Positions 18,847 through 28,465 are shown, counted from the stretch's first letter. The stretch is DNA of 64,000 nt from Clostridia bacterium (GCA_040766025.1 JAXGRH010000004.1:78779-142778), one strand, 5' to 3'. The notes: generated by a model from the sequence alone, not told the origin. Made by a program: numbers and translations.

Positions 18847-20169
18847 TTACAGATTCGGCCAAATGGTTGCCGCGCGCTCTTTTGTGCGGGCAAAGATCTT
18901 CTCTTCGTCAACCGTCTTGATCTCACGGTTTCTCATGATCACCTTACCGTTAATCACCACGTCGTTGGTCATGCGGCCGTAGCCTCCAAACAACAGGTGA
19001 CCCTTCCAGTTATCGGCCCCAAAGGGGGTGAAGGGATAGTAATCAAGGGTAATGATGTCCGCGTACGCGCCTTCTTTCAACACGCCCAACGGACGCTGGA
19101 AGTGCTGAGCCGCGATCGCGGGGTTGCCTTCGTACTGAAGCTTCAAGGCTTCGCCAAAGCCGACCGTGGGGTTGGCCAGACGGTGCGATTGCAGGATCTT
19201 TGACACCTTGATCGATTCGAACATGTCGTGCGTGTAGGCGTCTGTTCCAAGGCCTAAGCGAATGCCTCTGCGAAGCATACCGAGCACCGGAGTCGCGCCC
19301 ACCGCGTTCCCCATATTCGACATGGGGTTGTGCACCACGGAGGTGTCTGTCTCCGCCAAGATATCGAGCTCGCGTCCATTGACGTTAACCGCGTGGACCG
19401 CGATTGATTTAGGCCCGAGAAGTCCCCAGCCCAAAAGGCGCTCCGTCACGCGCATGTCGTATTTCTCGAGGCTGTCGTACTGGTCTTCGCGCCCTTCTCC
19501 CACGTGGATGTGGTAGCCGGCGTCGATGCCTTCCATCGCGTCTTTCACTTTTTCCATGGTCTCATCGGAGATGGTGAATGACGCGTGCATACCGAACATG
19601 CCTTTAATCATGTCCTGCTCATCGGTGTTCATGGCCTTGATAAAGTCCACGTTTTCTTTGATCTCGCGCTCAGCGACTTCAACGCCGTCACGATCCGAGA
19701 GTTCCATTGAGAAGGAGCCGCGGATACCGATCTCTTTGGCCGCTTCCGCCAGGGTAAACAGTGAACCGGTCGCCGAGTGCGGGCTCGCGTGGTGATCAAA
19801 AAGCGTTGTGACACCATTGCGGATGCTGTCGATATACGTCGTGTACGCGGACAGGGAGTTGTCCTCTTCTGTCAAGCTGCGGTCAAGCGCCCACCAGAGA
19901 TTTTCCAAAATTTCCGGAAAATTCCTTGTCGGCTTTGACACGCCCATGCCGCGCGCGTATGAACTGTAGATATGGGTATGCGCGTTGATCATGCCGGGCA
20001 TGATCACACGGCCCTCTGCATCCAGCACTTCATCTTCCGGATACTTGGCCTTCAATTCCTCAAAATCGCCGACCGCATCCACTAGCTCGTCCACGATGCG
20101 GATCGCGCCATTTTCAAAATAAGGATGATCGGGATCGTTTGTCACGAGTCGTCCATTACCCATAATCAT
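18847..20169 (-). CDS. ssnA: SsnA-type aminohydrolase (chlorohydrolase/deaminase amidohydrolase family)
   Basis: 440 aa. PGMINAHTHIYSS, ...HIHVGEG..., ...AVHAVNV... and ...LGTDAYTHDMFE. Size and context match E. coli SsnA. Confidence 0.75.
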   Translation of the reverse strand: MIMGNGRLVTNDPDHPYFENGAIRIVDELVDAVGDFEELKAKYPEDEVLDAEGRVIMPGMINAHTHIYSSYARGMGVSKPTRNFPEILENLWWALDRSLTEEDNSLSAYTTYIDSIRNGVTTLFDHHASPHSATGSLFTLAEAAKEIGIRGSFSMELSDRDGVEVAEREIKENVDFIKAMNTDEQDMIKGMFGMHASFTISDETMEKVKDAMEGIDAGYHIHVGEGREDQYDSLEKYDMRVTERLLGWGLLGPKSIAVHAVNVNGRELDILAETDTSVVHNPMSNMGNAVGATPVLGMLRRGIRLGLGTDAYTHDMFESIKVSKILQSHRLANPTVGFGEALKLQYEGNPAIAAQHFQRPLGVLKEGAYADIITLDYYPFTPFGADNWKGHLLFGGYGRMTNDVVINGKVIMRNREIKTVDEEKIFARTKERAATIWPNL

Positions 20170-20187
20170 TTACTTCCTCCTGTCATG

Positions 20188-20218
20188 TCCGTCCCAGGCT
20201 CTGGAAGCCTGGGACGGA
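20188..20218 (-). other. intercistronic GC-rich hairpin (ygfK | ssnA)
   Basis: UCCGUCCCAGGC [7-nt loop] GCCUGGGACGGA, a 12-bp stem directly upstream of the ssnA AGGAGG RBS. Confidence 0.5.
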
Positions 20219-20234
20219 AAGTCGTTTTCATTCA

Positions 20235-23200
20235 TTAATGTTCATTGTTCAACAGCCAGGGATATTCTGTGGTAACCGCTGTTATGACGGCTGTCATTTC
20301 TTTCCCGGCTTTCGCTTCCAACTCGCTGGCCAAAGCGTCGAAGACACGGCCGCGCTCGTCGCGGATGCGGTAGGCCTGATCGGTCAATTTTAGGAAGCCA
20401 ATATTTTCTGAATCGGCGAAATCCGCTTCACTCCAGAACACGGTGAGCTTATCTTTGTAAGGTTTCCCCGCGTGCGGACAGAAGGTCGCGCAGTTTCCGC
20501 ATTCATTACACATGCCGTCGATATGGACGATCTGTTCTGAATTGACAAAGCCTGCGACCGTGATGGCCACGTTCGCGCGGTTCGGGCAGACCTCTGTACA
20601 GATCCGGCAGACCTGGTCGCAGATGAGGCAGCGCAGTCCTTCTTCGGAGGGCAGGCGTCCGGCGACTAATTCGCCGCGGCGTTCCACAATGGTCGGCTCA
20701 TCGACGGGAACCTCGATGTGCACAAAGTCATGTTCCAGTGCTTCTTTTTCGAGAATGTCAAGGGCTGCTTTTTTAGCGTCCCCCATGGCCGCGACAACGG
20801 TGGAAGGACCTTTGCGGCAGTCGCCGACGACATACACGCCGTCAATGGAGCTCTCCATCGCCGATGACAGGCGGGGATCGCCGTAGGAATCAACGTTCAT
20901 GCCCAAGGTCTCAAACAAACTCTTGTCAACGCGGGCACCTGTCGCGCCGATCACGGTGTCAAATGCCAGGGTTTCAAATTCGCCTGTGCCGACTGAGGCT
21001 CTGCGCCCTGAATCGTCAAAGGCTCCGAGCTGTTGTTTTTCACAGACAAGCGCTTTGCCGTCATAGCTCACCGGTGCGAGCAGTTCGCGCCAGAGGACGC
21101 CCTCTTCCATGGCGCCGTCAAATTCGTCCTGACTGGCAGGCGCGTACATCTCTGTTCTGCGGTACACGATGGTGACTTCAGGATCACCCGGCATACGCTT
21201 GGCGAGGCGGGCGGCGTCCATGGCGACGTCACCTGCGCCGATGACCGCAATTTTCTTACCGAGATCGCGTTCGCCGTTTTCGTTCACATCGATGAGGAAA
21301 TCGAGCGCGTCGATGACGCGGTCAGCACCTTCTTTGACCGGTGAACGGCCTTTATCCCAAGCGCCGGTCGCGATGACGACGTAGTCATGGGTTTTCTTCA
21401 ACTCTTTTAGATCAAATTTAGGATCGGCGTTGAAGTGGAAGTTGACGCCTGTCGCTTCAACGAGTCTGAAGTCGCGGTCAATCTCTTCTTTCGAAATACG
21501 GAAAGAAGGAATTGCATAGCGGACGATCCCGTGTGAAGCAGAACGCTTCTCGTATACGTCTGTCGCGATGCCGTTGCGTCTCAGGTAGTAGGCCGCAGCC
21601 ATACCGCCCGGCCCCGCCCCGATGACCGCCACTTTTTTATCGCTCTTCAAAGCGCTTTGGGCTATTTGGCCGATGTAGGCATCTTGTGCCTCGTCCGCGG
21701 CCTTCTTCTTGATGTCGCGCATATGGACTGACTCATCGTAGTCAAGGCGTGTGCAGTGCTCACGGCAAGGCTGTGCGCAAAGGACGCCGGTGATGGTCGG
21801 ACAGGGGTTGTCAATGGCGATGACGCGCATGGCTTCATCGTACTCGCCTCGGGCGACCAGGGTGTTGTATTCAGGGATCTGTTGCTCGATGGGGCAGCCG
21901 CCGTCTTTACAGGGTGCCTTGTAGCAGTCGTAAAGGGGTAACTCTGATTCGGTCTTCCTGGAGGCGACTTTTTCGCGCCAGCGCTTTTGCATGCGCGGGT
22001 CCGCCAGCATCTTATCGGCCAGTTGATCGAGTTTTTTAAGATCGACTTGTCCGGGATTTCCAAGCACATCTTCCGTCTCACGCGCCATCTGGTAGAAGCG
22101 CATATAGCCGCCCGGTTTCAACAGGGTAGTTGCCATGGTCACGGGACCGATACCTACTTCTAGGATATCTTTCAGGTTAAAGGCGTCCGCGCCACCCGCA
22201 AATGAGATCGGGAGCTTGCCGTCGAAGGCTTTGGATAATTTGACCGCCAGATTAATGGTGAGGGGCATCAAAGAGCGGCCCGACATGTACATTTCTTCTG
22301 AAGGCACTTCATTGCGTTTGACGTCAACGGGGCATGTGTTGGACAGCTTCACGCCGAAGGCTAAGTCTTTTTCCTTGGCCACGTTTAACATGCGCGTGAA
22401 AATACCGACCGCGTCATCGTATTGCAGGTCGGCCAAGAAGTGTTTATCCGGGAACTGGATGTAGTCGTATCCGAGGTTGTCAAGCGTTTCACGGACGTAT
22501 TCGTAACCCAGCATCGTCGGGTTACATTTGACGAAGGTGTGAAGGTGTTTTTCTGTCAAGAGGTAATGCGCGATACGCTCGATTTCGTCAGGCGGACAGC
22601 CGTGCAAGGTTGATAAGGTGACCGAATGACAAAGCGAGGGAGAGATCGCGTCGACCACCGCTTCATCGACTTTTTCGAACGCGTCGAGATGATCTTTCAA
22701 ATAGGCGATGGCCTCTTTAAAAGCGGGCGTGTCTGACGCATCCTTCAAGCCTTCGATGAAGGCGTCCATTTTCGGCAATTTGATGCCATCAAGATCGTAA
22801 CCGACGCTCATGTTGTAGGCAAAATCATGTCCGTCTGAAAGACCGAACTCAACGGAAAGCACCTTGATCGCTACCCAAGCCTTGACGTACTCATCAAATG
22901 CTTCTTCAACGGTTAATTCGGTCGACCATTCGCAGTTGTAACACTCGTCTTCCGCGTTGATACAAGGTTTTGCAACGGCGTGACGAATTTCTTCACCATC
23001 CATCTTTTGGACGGTTTTCAATTCCATAAAGCGAGCGCCCGCAAGGTAGCTCACAATGATGTTTTGTGCCAGCTGAGAGTGCGGACCGGCCGCGGGGCCA
23101 ACTGCCGAAGCGATTTTTTCACCAAAGGGCGTCGTAAAACGGCTCCCTTTTTCATTTACATAAAATTTGCTCTTATCGAGTCCAAAAACACGTCCTTGTT

Positions 23201-23267
23201 TTTTATACTCCGCGAGGCTCCATTCGATCAGGTTCGCAAAACTAATGGGTCTCATGATATCGCTCAT
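20235..23267 (-). CDS. ygfK: YgfK-type multidomain Fe-S flavoprotein ('putative selenate reductase subunit YgfK' family)
   Basis: 1010 aa. N-terminal DPD/DHOD-like barrel, central Cys clusters (CPIEQQIPEY..., CAQPCREHC), GltD-like dinucleotide folds (VAVIGAGPGGMAAAYYL, IAVIGAGDVAMD), and a C-terminal 2x[4Fe-4S] region (CLICDQVCRICTEVCP...CNECGNCATFCP). Confidence 0.8.
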   Translation of the reverse strand: MSDIMRPISFANLIEWSLAEYKKQGRVFGLDKSKFYVNEKGSRFTTPFGEKIASAVGPAAGPHSQLAQNIIVSYLAGARFMELKTVQKMDGEEIRHAVAKPCINAEDECYNCEWSTELTVEEAFDEYVKAWVAIKVLSVEFGLSDGHDFAYNMSVGYDLDGIKLPKMDAFIEGLKDASDTPAFKEAIAYLKDHLDAFEKVDEAVVDAISPSLCHSVTLSTLHGCPPDEIERIAHYLLTEKHLHTFVKCNPTMLGYEYVRETLDNLGYDYIQFPDKHFLADLQYDDAVGIFTRMLNVAKEKDLAFGVKLSNTCPVDVKRNEVPSEEMYMSGRSLMPLTINLAVKLSKAFDGKLPISFAGGADAFNLKDILEVGIGPVTMATTLLKPGGYMRFYQMARETEDVLGNPGQVDLKKLDQLADKMLADPRMQKRWREKVASRKTESELPLYDCYKAPCKDGGCPIEQQIPEYNTLVARGEYDEAMRVIAIDNPCPTITGVLCAQPCREHCTRLDYDESVHMRDIKKKAADEAQDAYIGQIAQSALKSDKKVAVIGAGPGGMAAAYYLRRNGIATDVYEKRSASHGIVRYAIPSFRISKEEIDRDFRLVEATGVNFHFNADPKFDLKELKKTHDYVVIATGAWDKGRSPVKEGADRVIDALDFLIDVNENGERDLGKKIAVIGAGDVAMDAARLAKRMPGDPEVTIVYRRTEMYAPASQDEFDGAMEEGVLWRELLAPVSYDGKALVCEKQQLGAFDDSGRRASVGTGEFETLAFDTVIGATGARVDKSLFETLGMNVDSYGDPRLSSAMESSIDGVYVVGDCRKGPSTVVAAMGDAKKAALDILEKEALEHDFVHIEVPVDEPTIVERRGELVAGRLPSEEGLRCLICDQVCRICTEVCPNRANVAITVAGFVNSEQIVHIDGMCNECGNCATFCPHAGKPYKDKLTVFWSEADFADSENIGFLKLTDQAYRIRDERGRVFDALASELEAKAGKEMTAVITAVTTEYPWLLNNEH

Positions 23268-23437
23268 TATTTTGATACCTCTCCTTCTTCTTTCATTTCC
23301 AATATTATCTCGCCATATCCCGAATTGTCTTTGATACCAGTTTTAAGAGTCACTGTTTCCTCGCGTTGCAAGATTGACGCGGGATTAAACGGCTCATTAT
23401 TCATATTACCAGTTTTTGATTGTGTACTATGCCAAAT

Positions 23438-23473
23438 TAAAAAAACCGGGACTTTCGAAATGAAAGTCCCGGT
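23438..23473 (-). terminator. intrinsic terminator after ygeY
   Basis: ACCGGGACUUU [loop] AAAGUCCCGGU followed by UUUUUUU on the minus strand. Confidence 0.75.
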
Positions 23474-23493
23474 CGAGTAATCACATACTCAGC

Positions 23494-24717
23494 TTACGCT
23501 TCGCTGGTGATGTTGTGGTAGACGGCCGGTACCGCACTGTAGATGGCGGCGACGCGCACGACGTCTTCTTTCCACTGGATTTCGTTCGGTGCGTGAGCCT
23601 GAGCTTCCTTACCAGGGCCTAAGCCAATGCAGGGGATGCCGTGGCGGCCCATGATGGCCACACCGTTGGTGGAAAATGTCCACTTGTCGACTTTCGGTAC
23701 GCCGTAAAGCTCTGTGTAAGCTTCAACGAGCGCCAAGGTCTGCGGTGCATCTTCCGGAATGACCCAGGTCGGGAAGTAGCAGTCTTGCTCGTACACTTCA
23801 CCGGTCCATGACGGACGGTCGTATTTGTACATCGAGACGACCGCACCGTGCTTCTTGACGGACGGAAGGTCTTCGATCTCTTTCAAGGCGGACTGGTAGG
23901 TCTCACCCCATGTGAGACGACGGTCAAGTGAGATGGCGCAGCTGTCGGCGACAGCACAGCGTGAAGGCGATGTGTAGAAAATCTGTGAGGTGGTGACGGT
24001 GCCCTTGCCGAGGAAGGGGTCATCTTTCAGATTGTTGTTCAGCTCTTCGATTTCTTTCAGGATGTCAGCCATTTTGTAGATGGCGTTTTCACCGCGCTCA
24101 GGGGCGGAGCCGTGGCAGGAGATGCCGGCGACGTCCACACGGATCTCCATACGTCCGCGGTGTCCGCGATAAACGTGCATGTCGGTCGGTTCACTGACCA
24201 CGACAAACTCGGGACGGATGTTGCTACGCTCGATGAGGTGGAGCCAGCACATGCCGTCACAGTCTTCTTCCTGAACGGTCCCTGTGACAAGGAGTTTGTA
24301 CTCATCGCCGATGAGGCCGAGTTCTTTGGCCATGTATGCGCCGTAAACGGACGACACCACGCCACCGAGCTGGTCGGATCCGCCGCGGCCGCCGATTTCG
24401 GTTTCAGTCTCGAAGCCTTCGTAGGGATCAAATTCCCAGTTTTCAATATTGCCGATGCCGACGGTGTCGATGTGGCCGTCGTAGGCAATGATGCGATCGC
24501 CTTTACCGATCCAGCCCAGGACGTTGCCCAAGGGATCGATTTCAGCTTTATCGTAGCCCAGCTTTTCCATCTCTTCTTTGATACGGTAAGCCTTGTCTTT
24601 TTCTTCACAGCTCTCTCCGCCGATCTTGATCAGATCGCGAAGGAAGCGAACCATATCCTCTTCGTGGCTCTTTGCGAGCTCGCGGATACGATCGTAGTCA
24701 ATCTGCATTTTCGCCAT
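23494..24717 (-). CDS. ygeY: YgeY-type M20-family metallohydrolase ('selenium metabolism-linked hydrolase')
   Basis: [30 protein letters not shown]...DGHIDTV...[10 protein letters not shown]...EEDCDG. Start moved to the ATG at 24717 after AGGAG, because the track's extension to 24795 runs through a terminator hairpin. Confidence 0.8.
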   Translation of the reverse strand: MAKMQIDYDRIRELAKSHEEDMVRFLRDLIKIGGESCEEKDKAYRIKEEMEKLGYDKAEIDPLGNVLGWIGKGDRIIAYDGHIDTVGIGNIENWEFDPYEGFETETEIGGRGGSDQLGGVVSSVYGAYMAKELGLIGDEYKLLVTGTVQEEDCDGMCWLHLIERSNIRPEFVVVSEPTDMHVYRGHRGRMEIRVDVAGISCHGSAPERGENAIYKMADILKEIEELNNNLKDDPFLGKGTVTTSQIFYTSPSRCAVADSCAISLDRRLTWGETYQSALKEIEDLPSVKKHGAVVSMYKYDRPSWTGEVYEQDCYFPTWVIPEDAPQTLALVEAYTELYGVPKVDKWTFSTNGVAIMGRHGIPCIGLGPGKEAQAHAPNEIQWKEDVVRVAAIYSAVPAVYHNITSEA

Positions 24718-24756
24718 GTTCGTGTTACTCCTTTTTTTTGGATTATATTGGTATGC

Positions 24757-24788
24757 AAAAGACTGCCTCCCCGAAACGGGAGGCAGTC
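24757..24788 (-). terminator. terminator/attenuator hairpin between ygeW and ygeY
   Basis: GACUGCCUCCC [6-nt loop] GGGAGGCAGUC followed by UUUUGCAU on the minus strand. Confidence 0.6.
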
Positions 24789-24805
24789 CATTCAACCGGA
24801 ATTAT

Positions 24806-26002
24806 TTAGGCATTGTCCGCCCAGCGGGGGGTGGTGCCATTCCAGAGCTCGTCAAGCTTCGCGCCGGGGTTCTTAATCTTCTGGAGGAAAATCATCGCCG
24901 CGATGACGTAAGGCTTGTAGCTTGCTTCTTTATAAAGCGGGATACGGTAACGATCAAAGACTGACTCATCCACTTCGCCTTCCGCGCAGGAAAGACCCGT
25001 GATGTCGGCCGGCAGACAGTGCATGTAAAGTGCTTTGCCGTCGCGTGTCAGGCTCATCATTTCTTCGGTGCAGGCCCAGTCTTTATGAAGGGCGTTCTGC
25101 GCCAGAAGCTCTTGCTCGAGCGCGTGGATACCGGCCTGGTCGCCCTTGGCGTACAGGTCTGTACGTTTTTCCATCGCACTGAACGGTGCCCAGCTCTTGG
25201 GGTACACGATGTCAGCGTCCTTGAACGCTTCCGCCATGGATTCGACGCGAGTGAATTTGCCGCCGTACATTTCTTCGTTGTGCTTGGCGACGCCTTCGAT
25301 TTCGTCCATGATCTCGTAGCCTTCGGGGTGCGCCAAGACAACGTCCATGCCAAAGCGTGTCATCAGGCCGATGACGCCCTGGGGCACTGAGAGCGGTTTA
25401 CCGTAAGACGGTGAGTAGGCCCATGTCATGGCCACTTTTTTGCCGCGCAGGTTTTCCACGCCACCGAACTCATGGATCATGTGAAGTGTATCCGCCATCG
25501 TCTGGGTCGGGTGATCGATGTCGCACTGGAGGTTGACAACGGTCGGGCGCTGTTCGAGCACGCCATCGTTGAAGCCTTCGGTGATGTATTCAGAAACGTT
25601 CTTCATGTACGTATGGCCTTTGCCGATGTACATGTCATCACGGATACCGATGACGTCCGCCATGAAGGAAATCATGTTGGCCGTTTCTTTTACGGTTTCT
25701 CCGTGCGCGATTTGGGACTGACCCTCATCGAGATCCTGGATTTCGAGCCCTAGGAAGTTACAAGCCGAAGCAAATGAAAAGCGCGTTCTCGTCGAGTTGT
25801 CGCGGAACAGCGAAATGCCAAGTCCCGAGTCAAAAATACGGGCGCTCTTATTGTTCTCACGCAGTTCGCGCAGGGCGTCGGCCACCGCGAAAATTGCCAT
25901 GATTTCATCCTGAGATTTATCCCATGTCAGGAAGAAATCGTCCTGGTACAACCCTTTGTAGTCGTAGCCTTCCAGTTGCTTGATCAGTTCGTTGATTTTC
26001 AT
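24806..26002 (-). CDS. ygeW: YgeW-type knotted carbamoyltransferase
   Basis: 398 aa. FRDNSTRTRFSFASA (the STRTR carbamoyl-phosphate motif), HPTQTMAD and HCLPA. Length and context match YgeW. Confidence 0.8.
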   Translation of the reverse strand: MKINELIKQLEGYDYKGLYQDDFFLTWDKSQDEIMAIFAVADALRELRENNKSARIFDSGLGISLFRDNSTRTRFSFASACNFLGLEIQDLDEGQSQIAHGETVKETANMISFMADVIGIRDDMYIGKGHTYMKNVSEYITEGFNDGVLEQRPTVVNLQCDIDHPTQTMADTLHMIHEFGGVENLRGKKVAMTWAYSPSYGKPLSVPQGVIGLMTRFGMDVVLAHPEGYEIMDEIEGVAKHNEEMYGGKFTRVESMAEAFKDADIVYPKSWAPFSAMEKRTDLYAKGDQAGIHALEQELLAQNALHKDWACTEEMMSLTRDGKALYMHCLPADITGLSCAEGEVDESVFDRYRIPLYKEASYKPYVIAAMIFLQKIKNPGAKLDELWNGTTPRWADNA

Positions 26003-26040
26003 TCGTATCTCATTCCTCTCTTGAAATTAGGATCAGCGAA

Positions 26041-27516
26041 TTAAAGTCTTGCGAGGACGCCTGTGCGCTCGTTAAACTCTTCTGTCAGTCTGTCGATTTC
26101 CTCGACCTGCTTATGGACGTTGTCCCAGTAGTGCTCGTCGTACCACTGCGCGTTCAGCTCTTCGAGCGTGCGGCCCTGTTGCTCAACCCAGGTGTAGTAC
26201 TTGAGGTTGTGGATGCGCTTACGCGACATGTAGGTCAACTCTTCCATGTTGTCGGTCTTGGTGGACGCCAGGTGATGCCAGTAATCGCGCGCGGCGACTT
26301 CGGCCGTGTAGGGTCCTTGTTGTTCGTCAAGCTCGATGATGCGTGAACCGTACATCTCAGCGGAGTCGGTCGCAACGGTCATCAGGACATCGTTTCCGGT
26401 CAATTCGTAGTATTTTGCCATCTTGATCAGGCCGATCACGTTCGCGATACCGCTGATGCCCAACAGTGAGAGATTCGAAATCTGCTCTTCTGTCAGGTTG
26501 AGATGGGTTCTCAGATACTCGTGGCCGACTTCTGTGTTGAACAGGCGCAACAGATTCTGTGAATCGTTGTCGTCGATCGCAACAGCCATGTCAGTGTTTT
26601 TCACGTTGTGGACGAAGGGGATATGCTTGTCGCCGATACCTTCGATGCGGTGACGGCCAAAGCCGTTGTTCAGGATGGTCGGGCACTGGAGTGCTTCACC
26701 GACTGCCACTTTGATATGCGGGAAATGGTCTTTCAGGTAGTCGCCGGCACTCATGGAGCCGCCGCTGCCGCTGGTGAAGAAGACGCCGAAGAATTTCGAG
26801 TCATCGGTCTTGACTTCGCCGTAGACTTCTTCCAAGGCGGGGCCGGTCACGTTGTAATGCCACATGACGTTGCCCATTTCTTCGAACTGATTAAAAATAA
26901 AGGCTTCCGGGCGGGTCGCGCGGATTTCTTTGACTTTCGCAAAGATCTCATACACGTCGCTCTCACAGCCGGGGGTCGCGATGGTTTCATCGGCAACACT
27001 CAACAGCCAGTTGTGGCGCTCTTCACTCATTTCCTCGGGCAAAATCGCGATGGATTTCACGCCGAGCAATTTTGAGTTAAAAGCACCGCCGCGGCAGTAG
27101 TTGCCGGTGGAAGGCCAGACAGCCCAGTTGGACATCGGGTCAAATTGTCCCGTCACGAGGCGAGGCACGAGGCAGCCGTAGGAGGCGCCCACTTTATGAC
27201 AGCCTGTCGGGAACCATTTGCCGATCATGACGAAAATACGTGCATCAATACCGGTCAGAGCTTTTGGCATTTCAATGTAGTTGACGCCGCCATAGGTACC
27301 GCCGTCAAGGGTCGGCTCATTTTTCCAGGTAATGCGGAACAGGTTCAAGGGGTCGATATCCCAGGTGCCTACTCCGTGAAGAGCCTCTTTGATTTTTTCG
27401 GGAACATTTTTGACGGGATCACGCATTTGCGCATAGGTCGGGATGATAATGTTGTTTTCGCGCGCGCGTTGTACCGCGTTCTCGAGCGCGTCCTTATGGA
27501 TCGTAAGATCGATCAT
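26041..27516 (-). CDS. fold-type II PLP-dependent enzyme, TrpB/OrtB-like ('PLP-dependent lyase/thiolase' type)
   Basis: GKWFPTGCHKVGASYG is a putative PLP-lysine motif, and FFTSGSGGSMSAG is a Gly-rich phosphate loop. Start moved to the ATG at 27516 (MIDLTIHKD) after AAGGAGA. The track's 29-aa His-rich extension has no RBS. Confidence 0.55.
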   Translation of the reverse strand: MIDLTIHKDALENAVQRARENNIIIPTYAQMRDPVKNVPEKIKEALHGVGTWDIDPLNLFRITWKNEPTLDGGTYGGVNYIEMPKALTGIDARIFVMIGKWFPTGCHKVGASYGCLVPRLVTGQFDPMSNWAVWPSTGNYCRGGAFNSKLLGVKSIAILPEEMSEERHNWLLSVADETIATPGCESDVYEIFAKVKEIRATRPEAFIFNQFEEMGNVMWHYNVTGPALEEVYGEVKTDDSKFFGVFFTSGSGGSMSAGDYLKDHFPHIKVAVGEALQCPTILNNGFGRHRIEGIGDKHIPFVHNVKNTDMAVAIDDNDSQNLLRLFNTEVGHEYLRTHLNLTEEQISNLSLLGISGIANVIGLIKMAKYYELTGNDVLMTVATDSAEMYGSRIIELDEQQGPYTAEVAARDYWHHLASTKTDNMEELTYMSRKRIHNLKYYTWVEQQGRTLEELNAQWYDEHYWDNVHKQVEEIDRLTEEFNERTGVLARL

Positions 27517-27633
27517 GTTTTTTCTCCTTGCTTTGTGATGATGATGTGCTGGTGCTGGCGAGAAGTAATTGATTGCCCACACCCCAGCCACTATAGCATA
27601 CATATAAAAAGGTAAAGAGTAAAGTGCCTCATT

Positions 27634-28440
27634 TTACCTTTGAAACCGCTCATTTGTTACATCCGTTTCCGAAAGACGTCGCTCTTCTTCTTCCGCCTTT
27701 CGGTTAAGACGTTTGTAATACATAATACCGATTCCGGCAACCACTGCCGTAACCGTGAATACGGCTATGCCAAAAACATAATTTTGTGTTCCTAATAAGC
27801 CCCCGCTGACCGTCGAGGTCACCACTGAAATGAGGCGCGCCGAAATGATGACAAGCCAACTTGAAAGCCGCATCGGTGTCAACCCCGCAAGATAGGTCAG
27901 GATATCTTTGGGGGTGCCGGGAATAAAGAGCAAAAGGTACATCAAGATGTTGAGACGACCGGGCTCCCGAAACAGCCGCACCTGATCAATCCGTTCAGCT
28001 TCAAAGAACAATTCAATCACAGAGCGCCCATAGCGCTTGACGAGCAAAAAGATGAGGGTGCTGGCCGCATAGATGGCCGCCATACAGATGATCGTCCCTT
28101 CCAAAGCGCCGAATGCGTAGCCGGCCGCAAGCTCGAAAGGTTCACCCGGGATAATGGCGATGATTACTTGCAGGAAATTCGCGATGAAGAAAATCAGGCG
28201 GCTGGCCACAGGATAGTTGCCCACCATCGCGCGCACCCTGGTCGGGTCGGAGAAAAAGTCAATGGCCGTTTCGCCCCAAATCAAGTAAATTAAAACAAAG
28301 ACCGCAATCGTCACAACGACCCAACCGATGGCCATGGATCGCTGAAACACGCGCCGCCTGTATCGACGGTACGCTGCTTGTGCCGGCCGGATGATGCGGC
28401 AGTTGTTATTTTCTTTGATGCCTGTCATTTTCTCTGTCAT
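27634..28440 (-). CDS. TVP38/TMEM64 (DedA-superfamily) membrane protein
   Basis: 268 aa, multi-TM, with IIAIIPGEPFELAAGYAFG and LFIPGTPKDILTYLAGLT motifs. Confidence 0.7.
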   Translation of the reverse strand: MTEKMTGIKENNNCRIIRPAQAAYRRYRRRVFQRSMAIGWVVVTIAVFVLIYLIWGETAIDFFSDPTRVRAMVGNYPVASRLIFFIANFLQVIIAIIPGEPFELAAGYAFGALEGTIICMAAIYAASTLIFLLVKRYGRSVIELFFEAERIDQVRLFREPGRLNILMYLLLFIPGTPKDILTYLAGLTPMRLSSWLVIISARLISVVTSTVSGGLLGTQNYVFGIAVFTVTAVVAGIGIMYYKRLNRKAEEEERRLSETDVTNERFQR

Positions 28441-28465
28441 TCTATCACGCGAACAGGCTTTCTAA

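Noticed and set aside
23268-23437. Purine riboswitch upstream of ygfK, because the minus strand contains GGGAUAUGGC.
   Set aside because: The rest of the purine-aptamer consensus is absent (the GUUUCUACC and CCGUAAAU-type segments, and P1 pairing). The match is a chance 9-mer.
27517-27603. His-rich N-terminal extension (…PAPAHHHHKARRKN) on the PLP enzyme as a natural metal-binding tag. A similar 26-aa extension was called on ygeY (24718-24795).
   Set aside because: Both extensions lack an RBS. Internal ATGs at 27516 and 24717 have good SD sequences and give family-typical N-termini. The ygeY extension would also run through a terminator hairpin.
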